Source: a virus. From it: a stretch of 64,000 bases of DNA. A model generated the notes under the pieces. It ran no database searches. It saw nothing but the letters and a program-made list of their open reading frames with translations, and had not been told where the DNA came from. The position numbers and the translations under genes are program-made. Shown here piece by piece: positions 16,856 to 25,856 of this stretch (within the stretch, counting starts at the first letter, position 1; the number at the start of each line of letters is the position of its first letter). The DNA lies in IMG/VR virus record IMGVR_UViG_3300010224_000001, positions 224,001-288,000 of that record; one strand, 5' to 3'.

Positions 16856-17317
16856 CTATTTCTTGATCCTCACACCATTCTTTTCGTAGAACAATTCGCT
16901 ACCCGGAATACCTTTGCGATAAGTCAATGTAGGATGATCTTTCTTCATGTCTTCGATCAGCATTGTACCAATGCCACGACGACGATAATTTTCTCGCACA
17001 AATACACTTACCCATGGTGGGAAGTAACCGAAGTCAGCCAACACTACGCCAACATACAGACCATCAGAATTCTCAGCTAACGTAACCGTGTAAGGACCGC
17101 CACACGCTGCGTCTTCTAATTGATGACGGAGTGTCCAGCCGCGAATGAACAGGTTATGCAGCAGAGCTTCACGAGCTGCTTCTTTGTTATAAACCCCCTT
17201 GACAATCCGGAAGGTCTCTTCTTTATTACTGGACTCTGGTGGATGCTGAGGACACGGCCAACGTAAAGAACCATCACCACTTGGGCAGGTACAAGTTTCT
17301 ACTTCTGCAATAGCCAT
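16856..17317 (-). CDS. GNAT acetyltransferase
   Basis: VFVRENYRRRGIGTMLI acetyl-CoA motif, FYEKNG. Confidence 0.8.
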   Translation of the reverse strand: MAIAEVETCTCPSGDGSLRWPCPQHPPESSNKEETFRIVKGVYNKEAAREALLHNLFIRGWTLRHQLEDAACGGPYTVTLAENSDGLYVGVVLADFGYFPPWVSVFVRENYRRRGIGTMLIEDMKKDHPTLTYRKGIPGSELFYEKNGVRIKK

Positions 17318-17322
17318 AATTG

Positions 17323-17682
17323 TTAGTTGAGTATAATGCTGTATTGATCGGTGAATTTAACTTCCACATTTTTGATCAGATTAACTTCATGATAAGATAA
17401 CTTCTTACCGTTCTGATCAACCAACGTGAACATCGTAAGTGCTCGCCGCATTTCATCTCGCGGAGCGTAGTCTTCAGTACGATCTACCGCCCAGTCATTA
17501 AATACATTAGAGCGTTTCATTCTGTTGTCCGCATAGCGCTTTGCAACACTATACATGTCTACACCAGTGACTCGCAGAATCTCCCTCTTCGGAACAACGA
17601 TCTTCATCAGCGATTCAGCTTTAACGATAGCGGGAGCGCTACCGGCAGCTAACATCGCTGCAAGAAATCCACGACGATTCAT
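17323..17682 (-). CDS. twin-arginine (Tat) signal protein
   Basis: MNRRGFL...AIVKA. Confidence 0.7.
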   Translation of the reverse strand: MNRRGFLAAMLAAGSAPAIVKAESLMKIVVPKREILRVTGVDMYSVAKRYADNRMKRSNVFNDWAVDRTEDYAPRDEMRRALTMFTLVDQNGKKLSYHEVNLIKNVEVKFTDQYSIILN

Positions 17683-17693
17683 TTATTCTTCCT

Positions 17694-18359
17694 TTACCAT
17701 AAACATGATTTCTCAGCAATCTCCATACGTTTCCAGTTCTTCTTTAGTCCGTAGATGCGTCGAGTCAAACCAGACAGATCATTAACTGGAAATACCATTT
17801 TCTTAAAAGGATCACCACGTACAAAACGCGGCCAGGGATCAACGATATACATATCGTCCACTATAGCAAAGTCATGACCACCTGGGTGGAGATTGCGTTT
17901 TACGATTTCACAATCAGGATTGTCTTCATTGTGAAAACCATAAATCTTTACACGACCAGGTAACTTGTCGTAGATGAACTTAGCATAATGCGTGCAGCAA
18001 ACAGCAGAGCCGCCATTACCAAGATGAGACGAACACGACGGCATATCTTTACCTAAGCGAATACACAGCGCTTCGTAGTCTTTAATGCTGATACGACCAG
18101 ATAGTACTTCTGGATGCGCTAACTCTGCTTCGAAATAGATACCAAATGCTTCTTCAGTGCCGAACAGTTCTTCCATCTCTTTGGCGAATTCTTCTTCAAG
18201 CATTGGCATCCGCATGTGGTGTTCTTTGCAGAATTCCTCCAATGCTTTACGAGCAGCTCCAGCTGACATCACTGCTGGATTGTGAGTTCGTTTAAGGAAA
18301 TATTCCCTGGCATTAAATGGACGAAGTGGTTGTTGTTGGTTATTATCAGGTGTTTCCAT
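17694..18359 (-). CDS. hypothetical protein, possible transglutaminase-like C-H-D triad
   Basis: CCTHYA, GHDFA, IVDPW. Confidence 0.5.
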   Translation of the reverse strand: METPDNNQQQPLRPFNAREYFLKRTHNPAVMSAGAARKALEEFCKEHHMRMPMLEEEFAKEMEELFGTEEAFGIYFEAELAHPEVLSGRISIKDYEALCIRLGKDMPSCSSHLGNGGSAVCCTHYAKFIYDKLPGRVKIYGFHNEDNPDCEIVKRNLHPGGHDFAIVDDMYIVDPWPRFVRGDPFKKMVFPVNDLSGLTRRIYGLKKNWKRMEIAEKSCLW

Positions 18360-18370
18360 GTTGCTCTCCT

Positions 18371-18763
18371 TTATGCTGCTAGTCGAGTACTACGTGTTCT
18401 ATCAAACGCATCAAAACGAGGCATCGTAGGTTTAATACCGCCGATATCATACAAGTCTTTCAAACTTAGGCCACTGTAATCCGACATACGCACCAACCAC
18501 TCCAATGGTAGGTTTTCTTTTCCATTGCGTACTCGGGATACACTACCTGCATGAATTTCCAATTCTTTCAGGAGTGTTTCAGATTTAACATGACCAGTGA
18601 CGATCATCAGGTGATTAATCAAACGGTCAATTGCCGAAGGTAAGGGTTTCCATTCACCAGGCTTCATACTGGCATCACGATACATCATGACGCCATACAC
18701 CATTGCTTCAGTGTAACCAAACGGACGATAGAAATACAACTTGTCTTTCGATTTTAGAGCCAT
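18371..18763 (-). CDS. putative HTH (XRE-like) protein
   Basis: VSRVRNG; paralog of 35938-36303. Confidence 0.55.
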   Translation of the reverse strand: MALKSKDKLYFYRPFGYTEAMVYGVMMYRDASMKPGEWKPLPSAIDRLINHLMIVTGHVKSETLLKELEIHAGSVSRVRNGKENLPLEWLVRMSDYSGLSLKDLYDIGGIKPTMPRFDAFDRTRSTRLAA

Positions 18764-18870
18764 TACAAAACCTCTTGGGGTGTTGGTTTTACTGTTGACT
18801 ATTCTATTTGGCAGCAGGATAAATACTTAACATCATATAGCGATCACCTCACTATCTAGAGAATGTAACT

Positions 18871-19398
18871 ATGTCCAATACACCTACTCTTCTGTATCAT
18901 GGTTCAAGATTTGAGCAAACTGAACTAATGCCTGGCTTTCTCCGTAGCGGTGTTCTTGTCGAATGGGATAAGACAGAAAGCAATCGTTTCCTCTATGCGA
19001 CGAGTGTTCTGAATACTGCTTGGGAGCTAGGTTTCGCTAGTTCGATTGAGAAGGCATTTGACATTGAACGCTTTCATGTCCATCAAGGTAAGATCCTTAT
19101 TCAAACTCAAGAACCGATTACCGTTGAAGACTTAGAGAAAGTTCCTGTCTATCTGTACACCATCCATTATCAAGACAAAGATGGCTGGGTTAAGAACTTT
19201 AACGAGCATAACGGCCTTGATACTGAATACAAGACCAAGCAAACCATCCGCGCCATCGAGAGCTGTGTTAAACTGGATGTACGTAAATGGATTTGCAATT
19301 ACGATGTCACGATTGAAGAAGTGCTTCCAGACATTAAAGTGGGTAAGAGTAAACAAGTGACGTTAGAATCACACCGTCCTGTCTATCTTAAATGGTGA
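18871..19398 (+). CDS. putative ADP-ribosyltransferase-fold protein (H-Y type)
   Basis: LLYHGS, L.PG, FLYAT. Confidence 0.45.
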   Translation: MSNTPTLLYHGSRFEQTELMPGFLRSGVLVEWDKTESNRFLYATSVLNTAWELGFASSIEKAFDIERFHVHQGKILIQTQEPITVEDLEKVPVYLYTIHYQDKDGWVKNFNEHNGLDTEYKTKQTIRAIESCVKLDVRKWICNYDVTIEEVLPDIKVGKSKQVTLESHRPVYLKW

Positions 19399-19451
19399 GA
19401 ATAATCCAGAGGGCTACGGTCCTTTGGATTATCTACCCTTATGCCGTCTTA

Positions 19452-19486
19452 ACGTCATAAAGAAGGAGAGAGCCGAAGCCCTCTCC
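19452..19486 (-). terminator. intrinsic terminator with TTTATGACGT tail
   Basis: GGAGAG..TTCG..CTCTCC hairpin plus tail. Confidence 0.7.
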
Positions 19487-19494
19487 CTCAGGTG

Positions 19495-20079
19495 TTACTT
19501 GTGGTTACGAGCAATACCAAAATCAGCTGCTTTGAGTTTCACCATACGACCATCAGGATGATACCAGACGACACCTTCGATGTTCGTCTTGCTGAAGTAT
19601 TCCTTCAGTTCGTCAAACGTACGTGGGCAGTCTTCCATAATGTCTTGACCGTGCGGGATAAGAATGTGCTTTTGCAAATTCTCAGGATTCGGGCCATGGC
19701 GAGTACCAACTTTGGGTCCGCACACTTCATACGTACCGTCAGGTGGCATTGAACCCTTAACCCAATTACCCTCAGTAAGAGCGACAGCTTCCCATACATG
19801 TTTAAGTGTAGGAGAAGCGGGTACCCAACCAGGCCAGTGTCCAGTTTGCGGATCTGGTTCAGGTTGAGCAGGGATAAAGTCTGTCGGCGGTATACGGCCT
19901 GTCTTAGCATCGTAACGCACATACACCTTGAGTGACTGAATAAGCACAGCTAAGCCATCCCATTTACGAGTAGCGTAGCCAACACCATTCAACACCCATT
20001 CCGAACCTGGAACGGCCTCGTTACGGACTTGACGATCACCATCATAGTTACGTTGAAACAAAGACTGAATCTTTTTCAT
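19495..20079 (-). CDS. ATP-dependent RNA ligase, DUF5565/RLIG1-like
   Basis: motif I ATRKWDG, motif III TYEVCG, motif IV EGVVW, motif V VKLK. Confidence 0.7.
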   Translation of the reverse strand: MKKIQSLFQRNYDGDRQVRNEAVPGSEWVLNGVGYATRKWDGLAVLIQSLKVYVRYDAKTGRIPPTDFIPAQPEPDPQTGHWPGWVPASPTLKHVWEAVALTEGNWVKGSMPPDGTYEVCGPKVGTRHGPNPENLQKHILIPHGQDIMEDCPRTFDELKEYFSKTNIEGVVWYHPDGRMVKLKAADFGIARNHK

Positions 20080-20221
20080 GCTTTTCTTCCTATTGGATGT
20101 TGGTAAGTTTCGAATCCCGCCCCCATCCATAACCTTTCCTATCTGAGTATTTTTTTGATTATTTGCAACAAATAAAAATACGTCATAAAAGAGAGAGCTT
20201 TCGCTCTCTCCCAGATACTAC

Positions 20222-20542
20222 TTAGGTCCAATAATCCAGCTTATCTTTAGCGTTGAGAATGACGACCGTCTCAGGGTCTCTCAGGTAAAGATCGAGTTGA
20301 CGTTTCGCTTCGCGGCGCTGGGGGCGTTCAGTAAACAGGTTACGGAACCATGCCGGGCCAGGCTCTTTGAAACGAATGTACTTGTCAGAATGGAAGACGG
20401 CTAAACGTTTCTTACCTTCTTTCGATTTAGGGTCAATCGAAGGCGGATGGATAGCGTCAGATTCATCGTCTCTCAGTACCCATTTGCGGGTATAGCAGAA
20501 AGTATCGGAGTGGTTGCCAGTACGGCGTTTAGTGCGAGACAT
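20222..20542 (-). CDS. basic MSRT-family hypothetical protein
   Basis: MSRTKRR, FHSD, DYWT. Confidence 0.7.
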   Translation of the reverse strand: MSRTKRRTGNHSDTFCYTRKWVLRDDESDAIHPPSIDPKSKEGKKRLAVFHSDKYIRFKEPGPAWFRNLFTERPQRREAKRQLDLYLRDPETVVILNAKDKLDYWT

Positions 20543-20618
20543 TAAAGCTCCATGGTTGTTGAACTTACAACATGGCAGCCTCCTTAAAAATGGGTTAATC
20601 GTAAAAGAAATAAATTCG

Positions 20619-20708
20619 TGGCGTAGGAGGAAGGAGTCGAACCTTGCTAGCTTTCGCCAGACCTCCGTCACTCAAGAGTGCCTCACAACCGTTTGGCTAA
20701 CCTCCCAC
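20619..20708 (-). ncRNA. 8/4-fold tRNA-like RNA (allo-tRNA-like) with aberrant anticodon arm
   Basis: 8-bp acceptor GTGGGAGG/CCTCCTAC, 4-bp T stem AAGG/CCTT, long V arm, GCCA. Confidence 0.75.
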
Positions 20709-20751
20709 ATTCTCTACAAACTATTAGACTACTTGGTATTTTTCAACTACT

Positions 20752-20979
20752 TTAGTCGCCCGTAGAGAGCAATCGTGGCTCACCTAATTCGGTGCGGAGT
20801 TCCAGAAGGGTCTTCTGCGCGGCAGCTATCTTGAGTTTAAACTCATCGTTGAATTCATCAGCACCCCAGCAAGGATTGATAACAATTTCATTAAATGCAT
20901 TATTCACAGACTTCAATGCTTTAGCGACATCGCTACGCATTTGATCGACAACGCGATCTGCTTCAGTAGTAACGCTCAT
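20752..20979 (-). CDS. hypothetical protein
   Basis: 75 aa ORF. Confidence 0.6.
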   Translation of the reverse strand: MSVTTEADRVVDQMRSDVAKALKSVNNAFNEIVINPCWGADEFNDEFKLKIAAAQKTLLELRTELGEPRLLSTGD

Positions 20980-21177
20980 TTTTCTTCCTTTTTAAGAACC
21001 TGAACAAACTCATCTCTAGAAAAGACACATCGCGCTGCTCGTGCAGGATTACGACCCCAATTCTCGTCAAGTTTAATCCAATTACTGCAATTATAACGAA
21101 AAATACCATCTATAGGTATAGCGCCAAATGTGGTGTTTTCGATTTCATACATAGTTGTACCTTGTTGTTATTCCTTT

Positions 21178-21501
21178 TTATCTAAGTAAAAAGCTTTCTT
21201 GAGTTATAACTGAATTCGCACCCATCTCGCGAATCATGAGAAGAGTAACTTCTGGCTCATTCCATTTAATGGAACGGAATTGTTCTACCAATCTGTCCTT
21301 ACTGACATTGGTAGTCTTGATGTAGAACACACCCGGCATTGGTGCGTTTTCAAATTTCACATGTGGCTTACCAGACTCTTGTTCTATCCACATGGTAAAA
21401 GTACCGACGTTAGACTTAGTGTTATCGTTAGGTCTAATGTTATCTGATTTTGTTGCTAAAAGTAAGACTTCCATTTCAAATCCTTTCTTGGTTGTTCTCA
21501 T
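21178..21501 (-). CDS. hypothetical protein
   Basis: paralog of 16523-16843; start may be MEVLL. Confidence 0.6.
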   Translation of the reverse strand: MRTTKKGFEMEVLLLATKSDNIRPNDNTKSNVGTFTMWIEQESGKPHVKFENAPMPGVFYIKTTNVSKDRLVEQFRSIKWNEPEVTLLMIREMGANSVITQESFLLR

Positions 21502-21531
21502 TATGGGATATCTAGGTGAAAAATGATACAG

Positions 21532-21567
21532 ACGTCATAAAGTCAGAGAACCCGAAGGCTCTCTGAC
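21532..21567 (-). terminator. intrinsic terminator with TTTATGACGT tail
   Basis: GTCAGAGA/TCTCTGAC stem. Confidence 0.75.
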
Positions 21568-21573
21568 TCACGA

Positions 21574-22104
21574 CTATACTGGAATAATTTTACGACCAAA
21601 CATGTCGTCCTGCACTTCACTTGAAGTGCGTTGTTTGCCGGTCCAAGGATTATACAACCAGGCGCCGCCCCAGTTATAATCGCGATATTCTTGCGCCAAA
21701 ATTGGTTCGCTTTCGGAGTCTTCTTCAAAACGCTCCTTGATGTCTTTACCATCAGCTGGATCGTATTTAAGAGGGATTAACTGTTCAACGCTAGAAGGTC
21801 CGTTCAACTCACGATAATGATCGTCGTGTTCTGTTTTTACAAATACTTGCACGTCTTCAGGAAACTTCCACGGTAACGAATAGACGCGTTTACGAAACTC
21901 TTCCTCATCAAGGTAGATGAATGAGCCGATATACGTGTTGGAATCTATCAAAAGATTTTCATCAGGATGTATATTTTCAATACGAACGAAATCATTGTTG
22001 CTGCAACGGCTGTACTGTTTTGGATTTTCTAATAATGCCGCAATAATGGAATCATCAACCTGATTATTGTTAGTACTAAGAATTACAGTAGTAATTGTAC
22101 CCAC
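21574..22104 (-). CDS. hypothetical protein with C-terminal YNPWTG module
   Basis: YDPADG...WLYNPWTGKQR. Confidence 0.65.
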   Translation of the reverse strand: MGTITTVILSTNNNQVDDSIIAALLENPKQYSRCSNNDFVRIENIHPDENLLIDSNTYIGSFIYLDEEEFRKRVYSLPWKFPEDVQVFVKTEHDDHYRELNGPSSVEQLIPLKYDPADGKDIKERFEEDSESEPILAQEYRDYNWGGAWLYNPWTGKQRTSSEVQDDMFGRKIIPV

Positions 22105-22132
22105 GATGTTTTTCCTTTTTATGTTAACTTGA

Positions 22133-22813
22133 CTATTTAATATCTACGTATGTCTTATTATTCCAAATGTTCACAATACCAGAATGCGCAATACCAAATC
22201 GTTCGCTAGCTTCACGCGCGGTAATTGAACCTTTTAATGCTCTCAACTCACGAACATTGTCTTCGTTTAATTTGGCAAGAGTTCCGTCACATCCACGCTT
22301 AGGTTCGGCTAAACCATTTTCGAAAGCGTGCTCAGTATTTTCTTGATGTGTTGCCCATTCTAAGTTTGTACGGTGATTATGCATTTTAACACCGTCTTTA
22401 TGATTCACCGTAGGTTTGTTTTCTGGATTAGGTACAAATGCCCCGGCCACAACTCGATGGACTCGTATCATTACATTCGTGCCGTCTCTACCGCCTATTT
22501 TAGTAGCAATGACTTCATAACCTGATTTACTTTCTTGTGACTTCAAGACCTTGTTTGTAGACTTGGAGATAACACGAGCATCTTCAGTAACAAGAAAACG
22601 ATTATCATATCCTTCTACAGGTTTAACTTCGGGATGGTCAATTCCTGCGCGTTTTTGCACAGGCATATTCTTTGGCCATAGCTCGCTACGTTTTGTTTCA
22701 TCGTCTCGAGTTTCGGTAAGGATTACCATTTCCGAACCATTGCGCTCAGTTATCGTAGGTCCTTCTGTAATTCGATCAGATAATTCTTTTGGCATTGTAA
22801 GCATTACTATCAT
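22133..22813 (-). CDS. HNH homing endonuclease (NUMOD4-like, HNH, HTH)
   Basis: VHRVVAGAFVPNPENKPTVNHKDG...NLEWAT. Confidence 0.9.
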   Translation of the reverse strand: MIVMLTMPKELSDRITEGPTITERNGSEMVILTETRDDETKRSELWPKNMPVQKRAGIDHPEVKPVEGYDNRFLVTEDARVISKSTNKVLKSQESKSGYEVIATKIGGRDGTNVMIRVHRVVAGAFVPNPENKPTVNHKDGVKMHNHRTNLEWATHQENTEHAFENGLAEPKRGCDGTLAKLNEDNVRELRALKGSITAREASERFGIAHSGIVNIWNNKTYVDIK

Positions 22814-22825
22814 TCCTTCATCACG

Positions 22826-22862
22826 ACGTCATAATACCCAGACCATTGCGGGTCTGGGTATT
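22826..22862 (-). terminator. intrinsic terminator
   Basis: ATACCCAGACC/GGTCTGGGTAT stem plus TATGACGTC. Confidence 0.75.
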
Positions 22863-22906
22863 TTTATTACGCCACACTGAATTAAAGAACGAGATAACAA
22901 GGGTTA

Positions 22907-22991
22907 TAGTGCCGGGAACGGGACTCGAACCCGTAAGCCTTGCGGCGGCGGATTTTAAATCCGCTCCCTTTACCAATTTGAGCACCCCGGC
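22907..22991 (-). tRNA. tRNA-Leu(TAA), 3' end ACTA
   Basis: GCGGA-TTTAAAA-TCCGC, long V arm; CCA not encoded. Confidence 0.85.
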
Positions 22992-23091
22992 ACTATAACC
23001 CCTATTGTCATGCTCCCACTAAACTTTACTGCATCATCCTTCTTCTCAAACTATTAGCGTAAGTTGTAAAAAATTACTTAATAGCAACTGT

Positions 23092-23460
23092 TTACTTCGC
23101 TGGCTTAAAAAGTTCTAGAGAAGAGAGTGCTGGACGAAACTCAAATGACGAATCGCTCTTACGACGTTTGTATTCTTCGGCACTGATGTCTGTCCAATCA
23201 GTCCAAGACTGATCACCGCTACACCAACGACGAGCCTGCCAGTTTATCGAATTATTCGTTTCAGTTATTGTCAGAAACGTCACTCGTTCCCACGAACCGT
23301 TCTGCAACCAGTGAGTAGGTTCATCTGAATTGATTGCTACTGTTGGAATATCATCAACTAAGAAGATACCACGAAGAGTACCTATTTCTTCTGCTAGCCT
23401 AACTTGGTAAGGAGTTAAAGCAGAGACATCGGTACGTTTGATTGAGCTAACTGTTTTCAT
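23092..23460 (-). CDS. hypothetical protein
   Basis: 122 aa ORF. Confidence 0.6.
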   Translation of the reverse strand: MKTVSSIKRTDVSALTPYQVRLAEEIGTLRGIFLVDDIPTVAINSDEPTHWLQNGSWERVTFLTITETNNSINWQARRWCSGDQSWTDWTDISAEEYKRRKSDSSFEFRPALSSLELFKPAK

Positions 23461-23668
23461 TCATCACTCCTACAGCGTCAACATTACGCATAGCTAGACT
23501 GAACAGCTTCTTACCGTAACTAACTTGGAGTAAGCCGTTCTTGCATTGCTTTACGAGAATGCAGGTTTTACCGATAATCTCACGCCTACATTCACACATC
23601 CATAAATCACGATCGCTATTGATCGTGACTTCTTTACCAATGTTGTCGTTTACTTCCCGAGGACGCAT
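23447..23668 (-). CDS. hypothetical protein
   Basis: 73 aa, AAGGAG SD. Confidence 0.6.
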   Translation of the reverse strand: MRPREVNDNIGKEVTINSDRDLWMCECRREIIGKTCILVKQCKNGLLQVSYGKKLFSLAMRNVDAVGVMNENS

Positions 23669-23688
23669 GACGGGCTCCTTAGGTTAAA

Positions 23689-24012
23689 TTACTCAATTGG
23701 TTTAACAAGCTTTACTTGGACGTTTTCATTCGAGTTATTGATAACCTCGACTTCTTTACCAATAATCGTAATGCTGTTCTCGTCACCTTCAATCGACACA
23801 CTGCCTTTGGCTTTGATGGTAACGCCGTTGACGCTAATGCCGTCACCACTTATCGTAAGACCATTACCTTTACCACCTTTGATCTTTACACCAGTAATAC
23901 GGATACGTTCGCTTGATGGGATTTCCACAGATTCTTGTTCAGCAGTTGGTTTATCGAAGCAGGACAGGATTTCTGATCTGCTAGTAAAAAGACGTTTAAA
24001 GAAATCCCACAT
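23689..24012 (-). CDS. hypothetical beta-rich protein
   Basis: start MWDFF after GAGG SD; G/I/V-rich. Confidence 0.6.
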   Translation of the reverse strand: MWDFFKRLFTSRSEILSCFDKPTAEQESVEIPSSERIRITGVKIKGGKGNGLTISGDGISVNGVTIKAKGSVSIEGDENSITIIGKEVEVINNSNENVQVKLVKPIE

Positions 24013-24013
24013 A

Positions 24014-24283
24014 TTAACCTCGATGGATAGCGACTTTAACTGCAATCACGATTGGTTTAAGTCTGGGAATTGCCCAGTCAGGCATAGTGTCAAGGTGTGG
24101 ACCAGTGCTTACCCAGGTAGGAACACCTTCTGAATTACTGGCATGCCAAACTTGACCCTTTTCGTCTATGCGGATATGCGCCGTATTACTTATACGACCA
24201 AGGGCTTTAGTGTCAGCTAGTAAACCTTGGAGCGACGTACTCTTACCGACACTACGACCTTTGATTATAATCTTTTCTGTCAT
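24014..24283 (-). CDS. hypothetical protein
   Basis: 89 aa, contains GRSVGKST. Confidence 0.55.
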   Translation of the reverse strand: MTEKIIIKGRSVGKSTSLQGLLADTKALGRISNTAHIRIDEKGQVWHASNSEGVPTWVSTGPHLDTMPDWAIPRLKPIVIAVKVAIHRG

Positions 24284-24555
24284 GATGCGTAGACTTCCCC
24301 GTAGAAGAGAGCTTTAGGATTCTTTTCTTTAGTACGTTCCATCCAGCTTGTGTAATCTTCCACATCTTCAAAGTCAAGACCTTTACCGATTTTAACACGA
24401 TAGAAGACACTACCGTCTTCAAGTGTTTTATGCGGTTGGATTTCGTCTTGCTTAGCAATAGTCTTCACACGACGAGTAACGGCAGCAGCTTCAGCGGCTA
24501 AAAAACCACCGAGTACAAACAGCATGACTTTCTTCAACAGACTACGACGTGCCAT
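24280..24555 (-). CDS. Tat-signal protein
   Basis: MARRSLLKK; IGKG.DFE...DY..W shared with next gene. Confidence 0.65.
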   Translation of the reverse strand: MARRSLLKKVMLFVLGGFLAAEAAAVTRRVKTIAKQDEIQPHKTLEDGSVFYRVKIGKGLDFEDVEDYTSWMERTKEKNPKALFYGEVYAS

Positions 24556-24569
24556 TCTTATTTCCTCTT

Positions 24570-24920
24570 TCAGGTAGATGTACCTTTAATACCGAACATG
24601 GATTGGGCTAATTCTGGACTGATGGTTTGGCTCTCGCAAATATCGCCAATATACTGGATATTCGAGTCTGCTAGATTCGAAGGAAGCCAGTTGAAATAAT
24701 CCTGAAGCGTCTCGAAGTCTTTACCTTTACCAATCGTCATGTGAACGATCTTACGTTCTTTCTCGATCGGCGCGATAGCAGGAATATCCATCTCTTCAGG
24801 AATCAGATGATTCTTCGGAGTCAGGTCATCTTTACTACCGATCGATAAAGCTGCTTTAGTGGTGACAACACCTAAAACAACACCTACACCTGCTTTAAGA
24901 AAGCTACGACGAGAAGCCAT
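24570..24920 (-). CDS. Tat-signal protein
   Basis: MASRRSFLK; IGKGKDFETLQDYFNW. Confidence 0.7.
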   Translation of the reverse strand: MASRRSFLKAGVGVVLGVVTTKAALSIGSKDDLTPKNHLIPEEMDIPAIAPIEKERKIVHMTIGKGKDFETLQDYFNWLPSNLADSNIQYIGDICESQTISPELAQSMFGIKGTST

Positions 24921-25187
24921 TGTTATTCCTTTTTTCTTTGAATGTATATTTTTTTGTTTATCGACTTTTGAGATGACAAACAAAAAAAAGAAAAAGCTAC
25001 CCAAGCATAGATGCAAGATCTAAACCTGGGTAGCGAAGCACTGCGTTTCCAATCAACTTAAAGGAAGATCATCACTCTTCCAAAATATTGGAGCTGATTA
25101 TAAAAAATTACTTCTTTACAACATTACCAAATACGCCAGGGGTCTTTGTCGTTCATTCTTTTTTCCAGTTCTTTGATAAAGCACACG

Positions 25188-25433
25188 TTACTTCAACACT
25201 TTCATAGTAACGTTCTTAATCATGAGTTCTTTAATCTCTGCCGCACGAAAATCGGTAAAAGCTTCACCACAGTCGTTACAGGTGACAACCGGTATCGAAG
25301 CACTAAGCTTCAACTCGTCTTCACCGGCGCCGTATTCGAAATTGTCAACCACAATTTCTTCCTTGAGATTAACTGACTCACAACGCGGACATTGATACTT
25401 AATATCGTCAGGTTGCGTCTCTTGATTGCTCAT
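25188..25433 (-). CDS. YgiT/MqsA-type zinc-ribbon protein
   Basis: CPRC...VVTCNDCGEAF. Confidence 0.7.
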   Translation of the reverse strand: MSNQETQPDDIKYQCPRCESVNLKEEIVVDNFEYGAGEDELKLSASIPVVTCNDCGEAFTDFRAAEIKELMIKNVTMKVLK

Positions 25434-25728
25434 GAAGTTCTTTCACAATAGCCAAAAACTCTTTTTCGTTTTGAGGGAAGGTATCTGCCGCAGCACCACG
25501 GCTATTTGCCCAACGATCAAAATGTGGAAGCGGGCAAGAACATTCAAAGATACCATGGCAGTTAACCCGCCAGTGACGGCTCTTACCCTTGAGGTAAAGC
25601 GCATAACGTAAACCACGGCTTCTCCAACCACCATTCGGTTTCAGTCCTGCCTTCTTCGCCCAATGAATCCATTGTTTAGGAAGAACGATTCGACCGTTTT
25701 CATCTTTCTTAGCGACGAGTGTACTCAT
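25408..25728 (-). CDS. hypothetical protein
   Basis: 106 aa ORF. Confidence 0.55.
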   Translation of the reverse strand: MSTLVAKKDENGRIVLPKQWIHWAKKAGLKPNGGWRSRGLRYALYLKGKSRHWRVNCHGIFECSCPLPHFDRWANSRGAAADTFPQNEKEFLAIVKELHEQSRDAT

Positions 25729-25856
25729 AGAGGCTATTGAACATGTTGTTAATGATACTTAGGAAACCCATGACTAAGCAAGTGTCATACTTCTCATACT
25801 GCAAACCGTATGCGAAAAAGAATGCAGTGATAAAGAATAGGAACAAGTAAGAGAAT

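Noticed and set aside
25188-25433. MqsRA toxin-antitoxin module
   Set aside because: Only the zinc ribbon is present; no HTH domain or recognisable adjacent toxin
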